A DNA stretch of 64,000 bases from Bdellovibrio sp. (GCA_046070625.1 JBJTMR010000061.1:570-64569), one strand, 5' to 3'; positions 1 to 9,888 are shown, numbered from the stretch's first letter. The notes: generated by a model not told the origin, from the letters alone. Numbers and translations are program-made.

Positions 1-774
1 TCCTCCCCTAATTTCCGCCACGGCATCCTCGAAACTGAGTAGATTTCCATGATTAAGCCGAGAACACACTGGCGTTGGCGCTAAACACCGATGGGATATC
101 GAATGGGTTCCTATGGCATGTCCGTCGGCAGCGACCATTTTTGTGATCTCAGGATGCAGTCGTACGTTTTTCGCAAGCTCAAAAAAATGAGCCTTGGCAT
201 TGACCTCTTTTAAGGTACGTAAAATGGAAGCTGTATATTCTGAACTAGGGCCATCATCAAAACTCAGAATAATTTCTTTCGGCGCCACATCCCCCGCACG
301 AGCATAGTAGCCTTTGGACGTATCACGCTTCTGAACATTCACTGGAAACTGAAAGCTATTACCCGCATCGGCAGCCTTCAGCGCATTCACTTGCACCTTT
401 AAAGTGCTTCGTTCCGCTGCATAGTGACGTTCTAATTGAGCCAACAAATCCTTTTTGCAATCCATAACCAGAGGACGGTTGCTCTCGTCTTTGATTGCCT
501 GCTCAAAAATGGTTAAGGACAGCCCATCCATAGTGCGAAGCTTGTCACAAATTTTCTTTTGCAAATTGCTCAGACTGTTCGGGCTCTGAAGGGCTTCTTC
601 ACGCCACTGAGCAAATAACACTTCCGGATGATTTGGAGATACCTCCCAATCCATTAATGAGGCTGCTGTCTTGTTTGCCACGACAGACTTTTGCAATTGC
701 TGATCGACTGAATTTCCACAACCACCAAGAGCCAACACCAGCGCAATGGCTAAAATCGATTTTAAATACTGCAT
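1..774 (-). CDS. Lipoprotein polysaccharide deacetylase (CE4/NodB family), copy 3; truncated by the left window edge; missing from the ORF track
   Basis: Manual translation from ATG at 774: MQYLKSILAIALVLALGGC (lipobox) ... NVQKRDTSKGYYARAGDVAPKEIILSFDDGP ... HAIGTHSISHRC. Open to base 1 and collinear with the two paralogues at 2342-4682. Confidence 0.92.
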   Translation of the reverse strand, partial: MQYLKSILAIALVLALGGCGNSVDQQLQKSVVANKTAASLMDWEVSPNHPEVLFAQWREEALQSPNSLSNLQKKICDKLRTMDGLSLTIFEQAIKDESNRPLVMDCKKDLLAQLERHYAAERSTLKVQVNALKAADAGNSFQFPVNVQKRDTSKGYYARAGDVAPKEIILSFDDGPSSEYTASILRTLKEVNAKAHFFELAKNVRLHPEITKMVAADGHAIGTHSISHRCLAPTPVCSRLNHGNLLSFEDAVAEIRGG

Positions 775-783
775 AAAACACCT

Positions 784-2166
784 CTAATTATCTAATTGGG
801 AGTTGGGTCTTTGCGTCAGCAATTCTGCATCGGACTGTTTCAAGCTAAATTTGATTTTTGAATTTTCAATAATCACCCGGGGATCCATGGAATAGTTATC
901 AAAAATAACCAGATTTCGAGAAGCTTGGGCCGTCACCACATTGGGATTCCACAGATAGCGGAAATAGATAATTAAAGAACCTACAAACTGACTGAGTAAA
1001 ATCGATAATAAGGCCAATGCTATGATTCCAATTAGCGGCTGAGTTGTTTCCCAGCGAGCCGCTTCCATTACTTCAAACCTGTTTCCAATAGAAAGCTTCG
1101 CGGCTTCAATTTTTGCTAGTCCCGTGCTGAGCTCCTTAAAACGTACAAATTCCAACTCTGACTTTTTCTTCAAGTCCTCTGCCATTTGCGCCTGAAACGG
1201 CAGTTCTTTGCTTTGATTTCTTAGCTGATCTATAGAAGACTGCAACTGACTCAATCTGTCTCGCAATAAATTGTTTTCAATTCTCAATGATTCTATTTTG
1301 CCGCGGGCTCCGTACAGTGTCGTGTCATCAGAAGCCGCTCGGTCCTTACTCAAATAAGCGATGATTTTTTCATTACCGGAAATTTTTAGTTTCAATTCAT
1401 TCGCACGAATCAAGAGATCACTAACATAGTCACCCATCTTGGACTGCGATGCCAAAGGAAGTAAGTTCTCGTCTTTACTTTGAACAGCGGCCAGTTCTTT
1501 TCCGATTTCAATGAGTTTATGATCGGCATCCTTTTTTTGAATTTTCATGAATTCTTCGACTCGTGCAACTTCCTCAAACTCACGCTTTTCTAATATTTCT
1601 TTTGCGACTTCAGTGACTGCGTTCACCACAAACAAAGACATCGCGCGATCTGGGGTAGCTGCGGAAATCTTAATTTCGAAATCGGCATCCAATTGTATTT
1701 TTGTCCACTTATCCAGACGCTGAAGAACAGAGATCCGGCTTTCCGGACTGGCGTTAAGCTGATTCAAATATTTTTCTTTGAAAAGATCAAATCCCTGATG
1801 CTCCTCGAGGGTAATTTTGGGACTCTGACCTCGGCTCTGAATACGCTCTAAGACGGCCTCAAAGAACTCTCGGGTTTTCAAAAATTCAATATGCTTTGAT
1901 AGCAGGCTGCTGCCTTTTTTAGACTCTTGGACGGATTTCGATAAACCATAAAACTGATTTGAAAATGCCTGAACTGAGGAATTCTGGGAGTCATTAAATA
2001 CAATGGATGTGGTCGCCACATAGGGAATTTTGACGACGTACAAAACCATACTACCCGCAAACAGAATTGCCATGAAAAATACGAACATTCGCCAATGAGA
2101 AAGATATAACTTCATGATCTCGCCGACACTTAGCTCTGGTTCGATATGCTGATGTTGATCGCTCAT
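784..2166 (-). CDS. Polysaccharide co-polymerase / chain-length determinant (Wzc/GumC-like, no kinase domain)
   Basis: N-terminal TM after 'LYLSHWRMFVFFM', 'YVATTSIVF' strand, long periplasmic coiled coil, 'FEVMEAA' then second TM; no Walker A motif. Confidence 0.75.
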   Translation of the reverse strand: MSDQHQHIEPELSVGEIMKLYLSHWRMFVFFMAILFAGSMVLYVVKIPYVATTSIVFNDSQNSSVQAFSNQFYGLSKSVQESKKGSSLLSKHIEFLKTREFFEAVLERIQSRGQSPKITLEEHQGFDLFKEKYLNQLNASPESRISVLQRLDKWTKIQLDADFEIKISAATPDRAMSLFVVNAVTEVAKEILEKREFEEVARVEEFMKIQKKDADHKLIEIGKELAAVQSKDENLLPLASQSKMGDYVSDLLIRANELKLKISGNEKIIAYLSKDRAASDDTTLYGARGKIESLRIENNLLRDRLSQLQSSIDQLRNQSKELPFQAQMAEDLKKKSELEFVRFKELSTGLAKIEAAKLSIGNRFEVMEAARWETTQPLIGIIALALLSILLSQFVGSLIIYFRYLWNPNVVTAQASRNLVIFDNYSMDPRVIIENSKIKFSLKQSDAELLTQRPNSQLDN

Positions 2167-2280
2167 AAAATTCTGCCCCTCTGAACAAGACCAGAATCTG
2201 TTTTGCCATCCTTTCCCGAGCTTGGCCTGTGTCGTCTCTGTAATGAAAATTAAGAAAATGAAATTTGCGCTTCAGGAACG

Positions 2281-2309
2281 AAAAAGGCCGATGTTTCCAT
2301 CAGCCTTTT
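2281..2309 (-). terminator. Intrinsic terminator after the deacetylase at 2342-3454
   Basis: Minus strand reads AAAAGGCTGATG-GAAA-CATCGGCCTTTTT (stem, GAAA loop, U tract). Confidence 0.7.
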
Positions 2310-2341
2310 ATATCTTTGCTCTTTATTTAACCTATTTCTGC

Positions 2342-3454
2342 TCAAGGTGTCGCCGCAAGACCTGCAGTTCCTGGTTTTAGTAATACGGGCTGGTATCCAT
2401 TCAAATAAAGCTGCCTTAACAACTCAGGAAGCGCTTCTGCTGTTGTGCGATGAATGTCGTGAAACAAAATGATGCCTTTACCACGCGTTTTAAGCTGAGC
2501 CATCACATCATCAACCACTTTTTGCGGCGTTTTTCCGACTCTCCAGTCCTCGCTATCAACGGACCAGTAAAATTCTCCGATTCCGGCGGTACGCAAATAC
2601 TCTCTGACTTCAGGAGAGGTCTCACCGAATGGAAATCTGAAAAAGGGATCCACGCGGCCTGCTGCTTTCTTAATAACACTCATACTGCCTTTGATCTCGG
2701 CTATTGCTTCCTCGGCAGTAAAAAGATGTCCATGATTTTGCTTCTGACAAATCAGCCGGCTCCCCAAACAACTATGGGTCATTGAGTGACCGCCCAAGGC
2801 GTGACCATCCTTCGCCACAAGTCTTGTGACCTCTGGATGAGCCCCGACGTTTTTCCCGACTTCAAAAAAGATCGCCTTCACATCGACGCTTCTTAGAGTG
2901 TTAAGGATTGTAGGAGTGTAAATTTCGGAAGGGCCATCATCAAAGGTCAAGACAACTTGCTTAGCTCCGACATCGCCAGCCACTGCATAGTAACCTTTGG
3001 AAGTATCACGATACTGAACGTCCGTTTTAAATCTAAGACCTGAACCAACGAACTCCGCAAGGTTATCAACATTTGTAGTCAATTTCGTCCGTTCAGCACT
3101 CCAATAACGATCAATGCGAGAAAGCAATGGCCCCCGGCATTCCACAACCAACGACGCATTCGTCGAGTTTCTAATTTCTTCTTCAAACAACGGCAACTCG
3201 TTATCCCCGAGCATCGCCATTGCATCACAAACTTCTTTACTGGTCACCATCTTGGCACTGAGGTCTTCTCTCCAACGGGCGAAGACCTTTTCAGGATTTG
3301 CATCAGACAAGTGCCACTCTGTATTAGATTGCGCCTGAATATTTGCTTGTAAGGACTCTTGCATCTCCGCATACATGTGGCCCGAACCACCATTGCTACA
3401 AGCAGCCAACGCCCAAACACTTGAAATTATCAAAAATGATAAAGGCTTTTTCAT
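2342..3454 (-). CDS. Lipoprotein polysaccharide/peptidoglycan deacetylase (CE4), copy 2
   Basis: Lipobox WALAAC; all five CE4 motifs: TFDDGP, HSMTH, FRFPFG, VDSEDW, ILFHD. Confidence 0.93.
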   Translation of the reverse strand: MKKPLSFLIISSVWALAACSNGGSGHMYAEMQESLQANIQAQSNTEWHLSDANPEKVFARWREDLSAKMVTSKEVCDAMAMLGDNELPLFEEEIRNSTNASLVVECRGPLLSRIDRYWSAERTKLTTNVDNLAEFVGSGLRFKTDVQYRDTSKGYYAVAGDVGAKQVVLTFDDGPSEIYTPTILNTLRSVDVKAIFFEVGKNVGAHPEVTRLVAKDGHALGGHSMTHSCLGSRLICQKQNHGHLFTAEEAIAEIKGSMSVIKKAAGRVDPFFRFPFGETSPEVREYLRTAGIGEFYWSVDSEDWRVGKTPQKVVDDVMAQLKTRGKGIILFHDIHRTTAEALPELLRQLYLNGYQPVLLKPGTAGLAATP

Positions 3455-3476
3455 GCAAATATCCCAGGCCTTTCTC

Positions 3477-4682
3477 TTATTTGCCTACGGACCCTTGCTC
3501 ATTAGCTTGCAAAGATTCGATAAGCTCGCCCATGGAATCTTTTTCACTTACTGTTGCGGAAAGCTCCGCCACAGTTGTCTGAGTCATGACACCATTTTTT
3601 GGTTTCAACAACACAGGTTGGTATCCATTTTTATAAAGCTGTCTCAGGATTTCTGGAAGTGCTTCGGCAGTCTTACGTTGAATGTCGTGGAATAAGATCA
3701 CGCCTTTGCCACGTGCCTTCAACTGAACCATCACATCATCAATCAATTTTTGCGGAGACTTATTTTTCCAGTCTTCACTATCAATCGACCAGAAGAACTC
3801 ACCGATGCCCGCTCCGCGCAAATACTGTTTCAAAGCTGGAGATGACTCGCCGTAAGGGAAGCGGAAGAATGGGTCCACCCAACCAGCAGCTTTTTTAATT
3901 GCATTCAAGCTTCCAGTAATTTCGGCAACGGCTTCAGAAGTTGTAAATAAATGACCACCGTTGTTGTTTTTGCAGATTGTTCTATTGCCCAAGCAACTAT
4001 GAGTCATCGAGTGACCACCCAAAGAATGACCATCTTTTGCGACCAGTCTTACCATGTCAGGGTGAGCTTTTACGTTTTTTCCCATTTCAAAGAAGATTGC
4101 TTTTGCATTCACTCTTTTCAATGTCGCCAGAATTGAAGGCGTGTGAGCTTCAGAAGGACCATCGTCAAAAGTTAGAACCACTTGTTTGGGACCAACGTCA
4201 CCAGCGACCGCATAGTAACCATTTGATGTGTCACGATATTGAACGTTGTTCGCGAACTTGAAACCTGTATCCGCTAGCTCTTCCGCAAAGTTATCAACGT
4301 TTACCGTTAAGTTCGCACGTTCAGAGGTCCAATGGTCCTCCAAACGAGAGATCAACTGATCTTTACACTCTGTGACTAGGGCCGCATTAACGGGCTTTCT
4401 GATTTCTTCTTCAAATAGTGGCAGCTCTTCATCACTCAAGCCAGCCATTGCTTCACACACGTCTTTGCTTGTAGTTTTCTTAGCAATAAGATCTTCGTTC
4501 CAACGTGCAAATGCCTTTTCAGGATTTGCCTCAGATAAATGCCACTCAGTAATCGTTTGAGACTGAGTATTTGCCTGCAAGGATTCCTTCATTTCTTTGT
4601 ACACTTGTTCAGAGCCACCGTTGCTACAAGCTGCCAATGCCCAAACACTTGAAATGACTAAAAAGGATAGAGATCTTTTCAT
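3477..4682 (-). CDS. Lipoprotein polysaccharide/peptidoglycan deacetylase (CE4), copy 1
   Basis: Start moved from 4769 to ATG 4682 (MKRSLSFLVISSVWALAAC, AGGAG RBS). Motifs TFDDGP, HSMTH, FRFPYG, IDSEDW, ILFHD. Confidence 0.93.
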   Translation of the reverse strand: MKRSLSFLVISSVWALAACSNGGSEQVYKEMKESLQANTQSQTITEWHLSEANPEKAFARWNEDLIAKKTTSKDVCEAMAGLSDEELPLFEEEIRKPVNAALVTECKDQLISRLEDHWTSERANLTVNVDNFAEELADTGFKFANNVQYRDTSNGYYAVAGDVGPKQVVLTFDDGPSEAHTPSILATLKRVNAKAIFFEMGKNVKAHPDMVRLVAKDGHSLGGHSMTHSCLGNRTICKNNNGGHLFTTSEAVAEITGSLNAIKKAAGWVDPFFRFPYGESSPALKQYLRGAGIGEFFWSIDSEDWKNKSPQKLIDDVMVQLKARGKGVILFHDIQRKTAEALPEILRQLYKNGYQPVLLKPKNGVMTQTTVAELSATVSEKDSMGELIESLQANEQGSVGK

Positions 4683-4859
4683 ATTAATTCTCCTAATAGG
4701 CCCATTCAAAGCATAGAGCGTTCCAAGAGAACTCCATAAAAAAGCCGCTGCCTGTCCTCCATCAGACATCTTGTAAGCATTTGATATTAAGAAACTTTAT
4801 ACGACGTCAGCAAACAAAAGTAGAACTTGGATGTGGCCTCAAGACTGACCAAATTTTGG

Positions 4860-6182
4860 TCAGGTACCCTCAATTGTCACTCGTGCCCCCGGGATATTGT
4901 TATCAAATTTGGGGTAGCCCAAAGCTGCGGCGGCCACAAAGCCGAACACCATCCAATAGAGGCGATCCGCCATTCCTCCCACAGACAAATGAATGTGATA
5001 AATGACCAAAATAGGAATATGCGAAATCAAATAGATAGCCACTTGGCGTTTAGGAATATCAAAAGACTTCAGGGCTTTTAGTGATCCGATAGTCATAAAT
5101 CCCAGGGCCATCGCTGCTAAAACTAACAAAGGCCAACCTCCCACAACACCCGCAGAAACAAAAATGTTATGGGGATCTTTTAAGGAGTTGTAGTTAGAAA
5201 CATCCACATCACTGCCAGAGGCGAACTTCGACATCAACCCATGGCCCAACCATGGATGTTCCATAAAAATGTCGGTGCCTCTTTCGACTTCTTCCCAGCG
5301 AGAAGCGACACCATCTTGTGCTTGCCGAGCTCCCAACGAATTCTGTCCGGTCGCGACTCCTCGAGCGAACTCATAAGTTTGCCCGCCGAAAAATGCGGAA
5401 AAGATCAGAACAAAAGCAATGGCGGAAAATTTAAAAATGCGCCCTTTATTGGTCTGCGCTTCATGCAAAATCATTGTGAGTAAAAACGCAAACATTGCCG
5501 CCCCTGCTGACGACCGAGTCCCCGTGAAAATAATTGCCGTGAAGCTGGAAAATAAAACTAAGATACTCCAAATCTTATGTTTCAATTTATCGTTAGACAA
5601 AAATGTTCCCAATGAAAAGACGAAAGCCGTCGTCGCACAAGTCACCATGTGAGGAATATGCTTAAAGACTCCGATAAAACGACCACCCTTGAAAGCAGCG
5701 CTCGGGTGCAGAATCAGAACCATCAACGACAAAAGAACTAAGGCTCCCGTCCATCGCTGAACATAGTTCATAAAGTCTCGGACATTCCAAAGACTCGGAA
5801 TAATCAAGCCATATACAACGACCATAAACAAAGAGGCCGACATAGCCCCTAGTTGCATCGTGACGGATTCGTCAGGGTTGACATAATGAGCTTGCAGCAA
5901 GGTTTCAACGGCCAAAGTGATCATCAAAAAAAAGACAAACAGCTTATAAAAACCACTTAAATGCTGTCGTCGCCGCACCCGCAACCACAGTAAAACGAGG
6001 GGCCCACCCAAAAGACCACACAGAACCACATTCACATAAGGGTGCATACCTTGTTGAAAAATAAGATACGGCACTTCACGGGGAATGGGCAGCAAACTCC
6101 CCAGCGATACTTTACAAACAAAAGCCAGGGCGATGAGTGCTTTTATTAAAAATAAAATTCGCTGATCACGGACTTGAATCAT
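4860..6182 (-). CDS. O-antigen ligase/polymerase (Wzy/WaaL-like) membrane protein
   Basis: About 12 hydrophobic segments; TGTRSS, HPWLGHG and PHNIFV motifs typical of the Wzy_C family. Confidence 0.85.
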   Translation of the reverse strand: MIQVRDQRILFLIKALIALAFVCKVSLGSLLPIPREVPYLIFQQGMHPYVNVVLCGLLGGPLVLLWLRVRRRQHLSGFYKLFVFFLMITLAVETLLQAHYVNPDESVTMQLGAMSASLFMVVVYGLIIPSLWNVRDFMNYVQRWTGALVLLSLMVLILHPSAAFKGGRFIGVFKHIPHMVTCATTAFVFSLGTFLSNDKLKHKIWSILVLFSSFTAIIFTGTRSSAGAAMFAFLLTMILHEAQTNKGRIFKFSAIAFVLIFSAFFGGQTYEFARGVATGQNSLGARQAQDGVASRWEEVERGTDIFMEHPWLGHGLMSKFASGSDVDVSNYNSLKDPHNIFVSAGVVGGWPLLVLAAMALGFMTIGSLKALKSFDIPKRQVAIYLISHIPILVIYHIHLSVGGMADRLYWMVFGFVAAAALGYPKFDNNIPGARVTIEGT

Positions 6183-6736
6183 TAGTTATGTCCGGTATTT
6201 TTTTGAATCAATAACGCGGTCAATGCGATCCCCAGAATTACTGACACCACCGTGACCGTTCGTGCTGTATCACCGCTAATCATGTAAGACTTCTGTGGGA
6301 CATAGACAAAATCGTCTTGTTGCAAACGCAGCTGTTTGGCGCCGCCATACTTAATGATCTTTTCAGCATCGACTTCGTAGGCGCCTTGATATTCACTAAC
6401 CGCCTTGGATTTGATTTCCGCCCAAGATTTTGGTTCGTATTTACGCACTAAAATCTCTGACATGTCTCCAGCGTTGTTGGATCCGCCCGCCAACGTGATC
6501 AATTTTAGTAAATCCGTACTGGGTGGAACATAGTAAACACCGGGACGGTTCACCGCTCCTAAGAGTTGGACACTGATCAAAGATTCCTTTGCGGAAGAAC
6601 GATAGATATATTCAGAAGCTTGTTGTGGTTGTTTGATGTCGCTCAAGAGACTGTAATCTTGTGTTTCCGCAAACGCGGTACAATTCACGAACAAAATACT
6701 GGCAATTATCAACGAAAGATTCTGTTGGATATTCAT
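6182..6736 (-). CDS. SLBB-domain polysaccharide export protein (Wza-like, short)
   Basis: Start moved to ATG 6736 (MNIQQNLSLII, signal peptide, GGGGTGG RBS). SLBB signature VQLLGAVNRPGVY...LITLAGG and LQQDDFVYVP; hydrophobic C-terminal helix. Confidence 0.75.
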   Translation of the reverse strand: MNIQQNLSLIIASILFVNCTAFAETQDYSLLSDIKQPQQASEYIYRSSAKESLISVQLLGAVNRPGVYYVPPSTDLLKLITLAGGSNNAGDMSEILVRKYEPKSWAEIKSKAVSEYQGAYEVDAEKIIKYGGAKQLRLQQDDFVYVPQKSYMISGDTARTVTVVSVILGIALTALLIQKNTGHN

Positions 6737-6811
6737 CTGACCACCCCTTTCACTGGACCAAAATCGAGAGCCTCGACTCTCGTCAATATTTCGATGACTT
6801 GACTTCGGTCC

Positions 6812-7852
6812 ATGGACCACAATGAGTCTATGACAACTTCTGACGTTCCAGAGCACGAAAAACTATTTGATGAAATTTGTAACAAATTGAACGCTCTCAG
6901 TAATACTCCTGAGTCGGCAGAGGAAGCTGTTCCTCCCCAACCAAAGTATGAACAGATGCAAGTTCAGATGAAGAAATTCCACTCTGATCTCAAGGGTTCA
7001 CAAGAAGAATTGCGTGAAAAAATTAAGACGCTTGAAAACGTTTCTTACGGATCTGAAACGTTAGACGGGCAAGCGAAACTCCTTGCAGATCAACTCGGCG
7101 CAGAACGTACCAATAGCGCCAAGCTAAGCTCTGACCTGGCAAAATCATTGGAACTCAGCTTGCAACTGCAACTGGAAATTCAGGGCTTGAAAGCGCGCGC
7201 ACTGCAAATGCAGAGCGAAGAAAAAAAGTACAGCCAAGGTCTGTTTGAAAAAAATAAAATTCTGCAAAGAGATTTAGAACTCACAAAAGCTCTAAAAGAT
7301 GAAACGGCGATGGAGTTTGCCAAAGCCAAAAGTGCTTTTGCCCGCGAACAAGATTTATGGGAACAAGAGTACGATAAGCTTCAAAATGAAATCCAATGCC
7401 TGAAAAAAGATAAACACGAATTGGAACAAACGGGCGAAGAACTTCGTGCCACGATCGCAGAGCGCGATCAAACAATCACTTCCTTAAATGAAGAAATCGA
7501 AAAAATTTCTACGTCATTCAGCGAAGTAGAATCGTCTGCACAACAACAAAATGAAGTTCTCAAGAATCTCATGGAAGTTGCAGAGACCAAGATCGTTGAG
7601 ATGAAAATGGCCTTGGATAAAAAAAGTCTCGAAGCCCAAGACTACTTCAGTCACCTTCAACAAGCTTTAAGCCAATTAGGCATTCTAAAGCAAGAAAACG
7701 GCGCTTTGAAAGAATACGTGACGAAGCTGAACTACTACCATCAGCAAGCGCAACACGCTCAGATGGCCGTCGCGCAAATGGCCCAAGTCGCAGTTCAACA
7801 AGTTGGCCCATCAAACACGACCTCTGCAGTGGTGGTTGCGACACAGTCTTAA
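6812..7852 (+). CDS. Long coiled-coil protein, unknown function
   Basis: About 280 aa of E/K/Q/L heptad-like sequence, no signal peptide, Q/A/V-rich tail. Confidence 0.8.
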   Translation: MDHNESMTTSDVPEHEKLFDEICNKLNALSNTPESAEEAVPPQPKYEQMQVQMKKFHSDLKGSQEELREKIKTLENVSYGSETLDGQAKLLADQLGAERTNSAKLSSDLAKSLELSLQLQLEIQGLKARALQMQSEEKKYSQGLFEKNKILQRDLELTKALKDETAMEFAKAKSAFAREQDLWEQEYDKLQNEIQCLKKDKHELEQTGEELRATIAERDQTITSLNEEIEKISTSFSEVESSAQQQNEVLKNLMEVAETKIVEMKMALDKKSLEAQDYFSHLQQALSQLGILKQENGALKEYVTKLNYYHQQAQHAQMAVAQMAQVAVQQVGPSNTTSAVVVATQS

Positions 7853-7875
7853 GTCCAGCATTTAATAGCTTTCCT

Positions 7876-7915
7876 AAGAAGGACTCGGAGCCCCTCTCTG
7901 GGTCCTTCTTTTTTT
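7876..7915 (+). terminator. Intrinsic terminator
   Basis: AAGAAGGAC...GTCCTTCTT followed by a T run. Confidence 0.65.
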
Positions 7916-7985
7916 GATCCATTTGGCAGCCCTTAATTGAAGGCCCGGTTTTGTTTATGTACAATAACAAAAGCACGGAGGCCTC

Positions 7986-8567
7986 ATGCAAAAAATCACA
8001 TCCTTAAAATGTCTCATCTTGATAATCGGAATAATTCAAGGCTCTCAGTCACTAGCTGCAAGCTTCACCTTATCAAAAGGCAATGGCTATACGATTGAAC
8101 CTCTTTATGGTTATGAAACGGTTTTCCGTGACTATCCAACAGCCCATCTTCAAACCAGAGCGATGTACGGCGCGCGCGTCACCCTTGGTGCGGATATTCT
8201 TTCTGCGGAACTCGAATATATGAAAGCCTCTGACACCGAAAACTTTTCAACCGCGCCACAAACCATCAAAATAGATGACGAAAAATTGAAGCTGGGCATT
8301 CGCTCCACGTACCGCTTTAATGACTATATTTACAGTTCAGTTCGCCTTGGGGCGCAAGCGACTAAATCCACTCATGAGGAAATTTCTGGGGGGATCTCAG
8401 ATAAAAAAGAAAAACCCATTGCTTACAACCCTTATGCCGGAGCCTCTCTAGGTGTACGTTTCGGAGTTCTCTCTATTAATTTAAGCTCCACGGTCATCTT
8501 CCGCGACAGCAGCGACATGTCGAAAAATGATTATCAGAATACAATTTCTGCAGGTATTGGATACTAG
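7986..8567 (+). CDS. Small outer-membrane beta-barrel protein
   Basis: Signal peptide (SLA|AS), alternating amphipathic strands, C-terminal aromatic residue (SAGIGY). Confidence 0.7.
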   Translation: MQKITSLKCLILIIGIIQGSQSLAASFTLSKGNGYTIEPLYGYETVFRDYPTAHLQTRAMYGARVTLGADILSAELEYMKASDTENFSTAPQTIKIDDEKLKLGIRSTYRFNDYIYSSVRLGAQATKSTHEEISGGISDKKEKPIAYNPYAGASLGVRFGVLSINLSSTVIFRDSSDMSKNDYQNTISAGIGY

Positions 8568-9469
8568 GACGACTTCCGAAAGACCTTTTCTCTGCCCCAG
8601 TTTTTCGATTGGGGCAACAGCTTGAACATCAAGCGATGAAATAACGCCGCTGGCACGACCCTCCGTAACATCGCAAATAAAAAAGCATCCAAGGTGACCT
8701 TCATTCGCAGTGGTGGATCGCGCATCTCTATCAACTTATAAACTTTGCGGGCGATTCGCTCCGGAGTTGCCCAAGATCTTTGCATCAACCCTTCAATAAA
8801 AGGCCCCATAGAATCATAAAACTCAGAGTGAGGACCTTGTACCGAGGCACTCATCCGCGCCTTATTTGGCAAAATCACATTTTGAAAAGATCGCGAATTG
8901 ATAAATCCCGGCTGCACCAAGGTAACTCGAATGCCATAGGGTCGAGCTTCATACCACAAGGCTTCACTCGCCCCTTCCAAAGCATGCTTCGAGGCGCTAT
9001 AGGAAGCCATGGTCGGCATCGAAAGCATTCCGCTCACTGACGACACGTTGATAATATGTCCACTTCGTTGTTCACGCATCAAGGGAAGCACCGATTTGAT
9101 CATCATCATCGGTCCTAGATAGTTGGTTCGCAACTGAACCTCTTCTGCGTCCTCATCCATATGTTCGACAACAGAGCGAAAGCACACACCTGCATTATTC
9201 ACTAAAACATCAATACGTCCCCAGCGATTGCACACTTCGTTAAGCAGCGTGTGAATTTGTGACGAGACCGTGACATCGAGCTCGCGCACCATCGTTCGCT
9301 CGCACGCTGGAAACAAATCCTGAATCACTCCCAGGGAGGGGCGACGAGCGGTAATAACCAAGCGATGCTGTGTCTCCTGGTAAAGACATTTCGCTACGGC
9401 CAAGCCAAGGCCGGAGCTGCAGCCTGTGACTACGACGACTTTCTGTTGCGACTTGAAAGACCTTGCCAC
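8564..9469 (-). CDS. Short-chain dehydrogenase/reductase (SDR)
   Basis: TGCSSGLG, DVLVNNAG, YSASK motifs. Confidence 0.92.
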   Translation of the reverse strand: MARSFKSQQKVVVVTGCSSGLGLAVAKCLYQETQHRLVITARRPSLGVIQDLFPACERTMVRELDVTVSSQIHTLLNEVCNRWGRIDVLVNNAGVCFRSVVEHMDEDAEEVQLRTNYLGPMMMIKSVLPLMREQRSGHIINVSSVSGMLSMPTMASYSASKHALEGASEALWYEARPYGIRVTLVQPGFINSRSFQNVILPNKARMSASVQGPHSEFYDSMGPFIEGLMQRSWATPERIARKVYKLIEMRDPPLRMKVTLDAFLFAMLRRVVPAALFHRLMFKLLPQSKNWGREKVFRKSS

Positions 9470-9888
9470 GCTTCACCTCCACTTGGTCTTGGCGACAACC
9501 CCAAGCTGAACAGCTTTTCAAAAACTCGCTCAATCTTCGGCACACTTAGGGGCTTCGAAAGAACATGGATATCTTTGACAGAATCTCGATAGCTATGGCG
9601 AATTGCATTTTCATCTGCCGAGGAAACCATAATCAAAGGTGTATGCTCCTGGTTCTTGCCAATAAAATGAACTAAATCAAGCCCGGTAGCGGACCCCGCA
9701 AGAAACAGGTCCGTGACAATCAGACAATAGGTCGAATCATACTTGACGGAAGAGGCGATCAATCTTTCGGCTTCCTCGCAACTAATGGCCCAATCGAGAT
9801 GGTACTCGATAAACTGGCGTCGCAAAATAAGCTCCCAGAATGGTCGTAAAGCTAAGTCATCTTCGACTATCAATACTCTGTTTGTCAT
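9430..9888 (-). CDS. Single-domain response regulator (receiver)
   Basis: VLIVEDD, IVTDLFL (phospho-Asp), MVSS, SKP. Confidence 0.85.
   Translation of the reverse strand: MTNRVLIVEDDLALRPFWELILRRQFIEYHLDWAISCEEAERLIASSVKYDSTYCLIVTDLFLAGSATGLDLVHFIGKNQEHTPLIMVSSADENAIRHSYRDSVKDIHVLSKPLSVPKIERVFEKLFSLGLSPRPSGGEAWQGLSSRNRKSS

Noticed and set aside
599-781. 60-aa minus-strand ORF in the track
   Set aside because: Wrong frame; the real gene is the deacetylase starting at ATG 774.
7647-7991. 114-aa minus-strand ORF spanning a terminator
   Set aside because: Overlaps two plus-strand genes and the terminator; no recognisable features.
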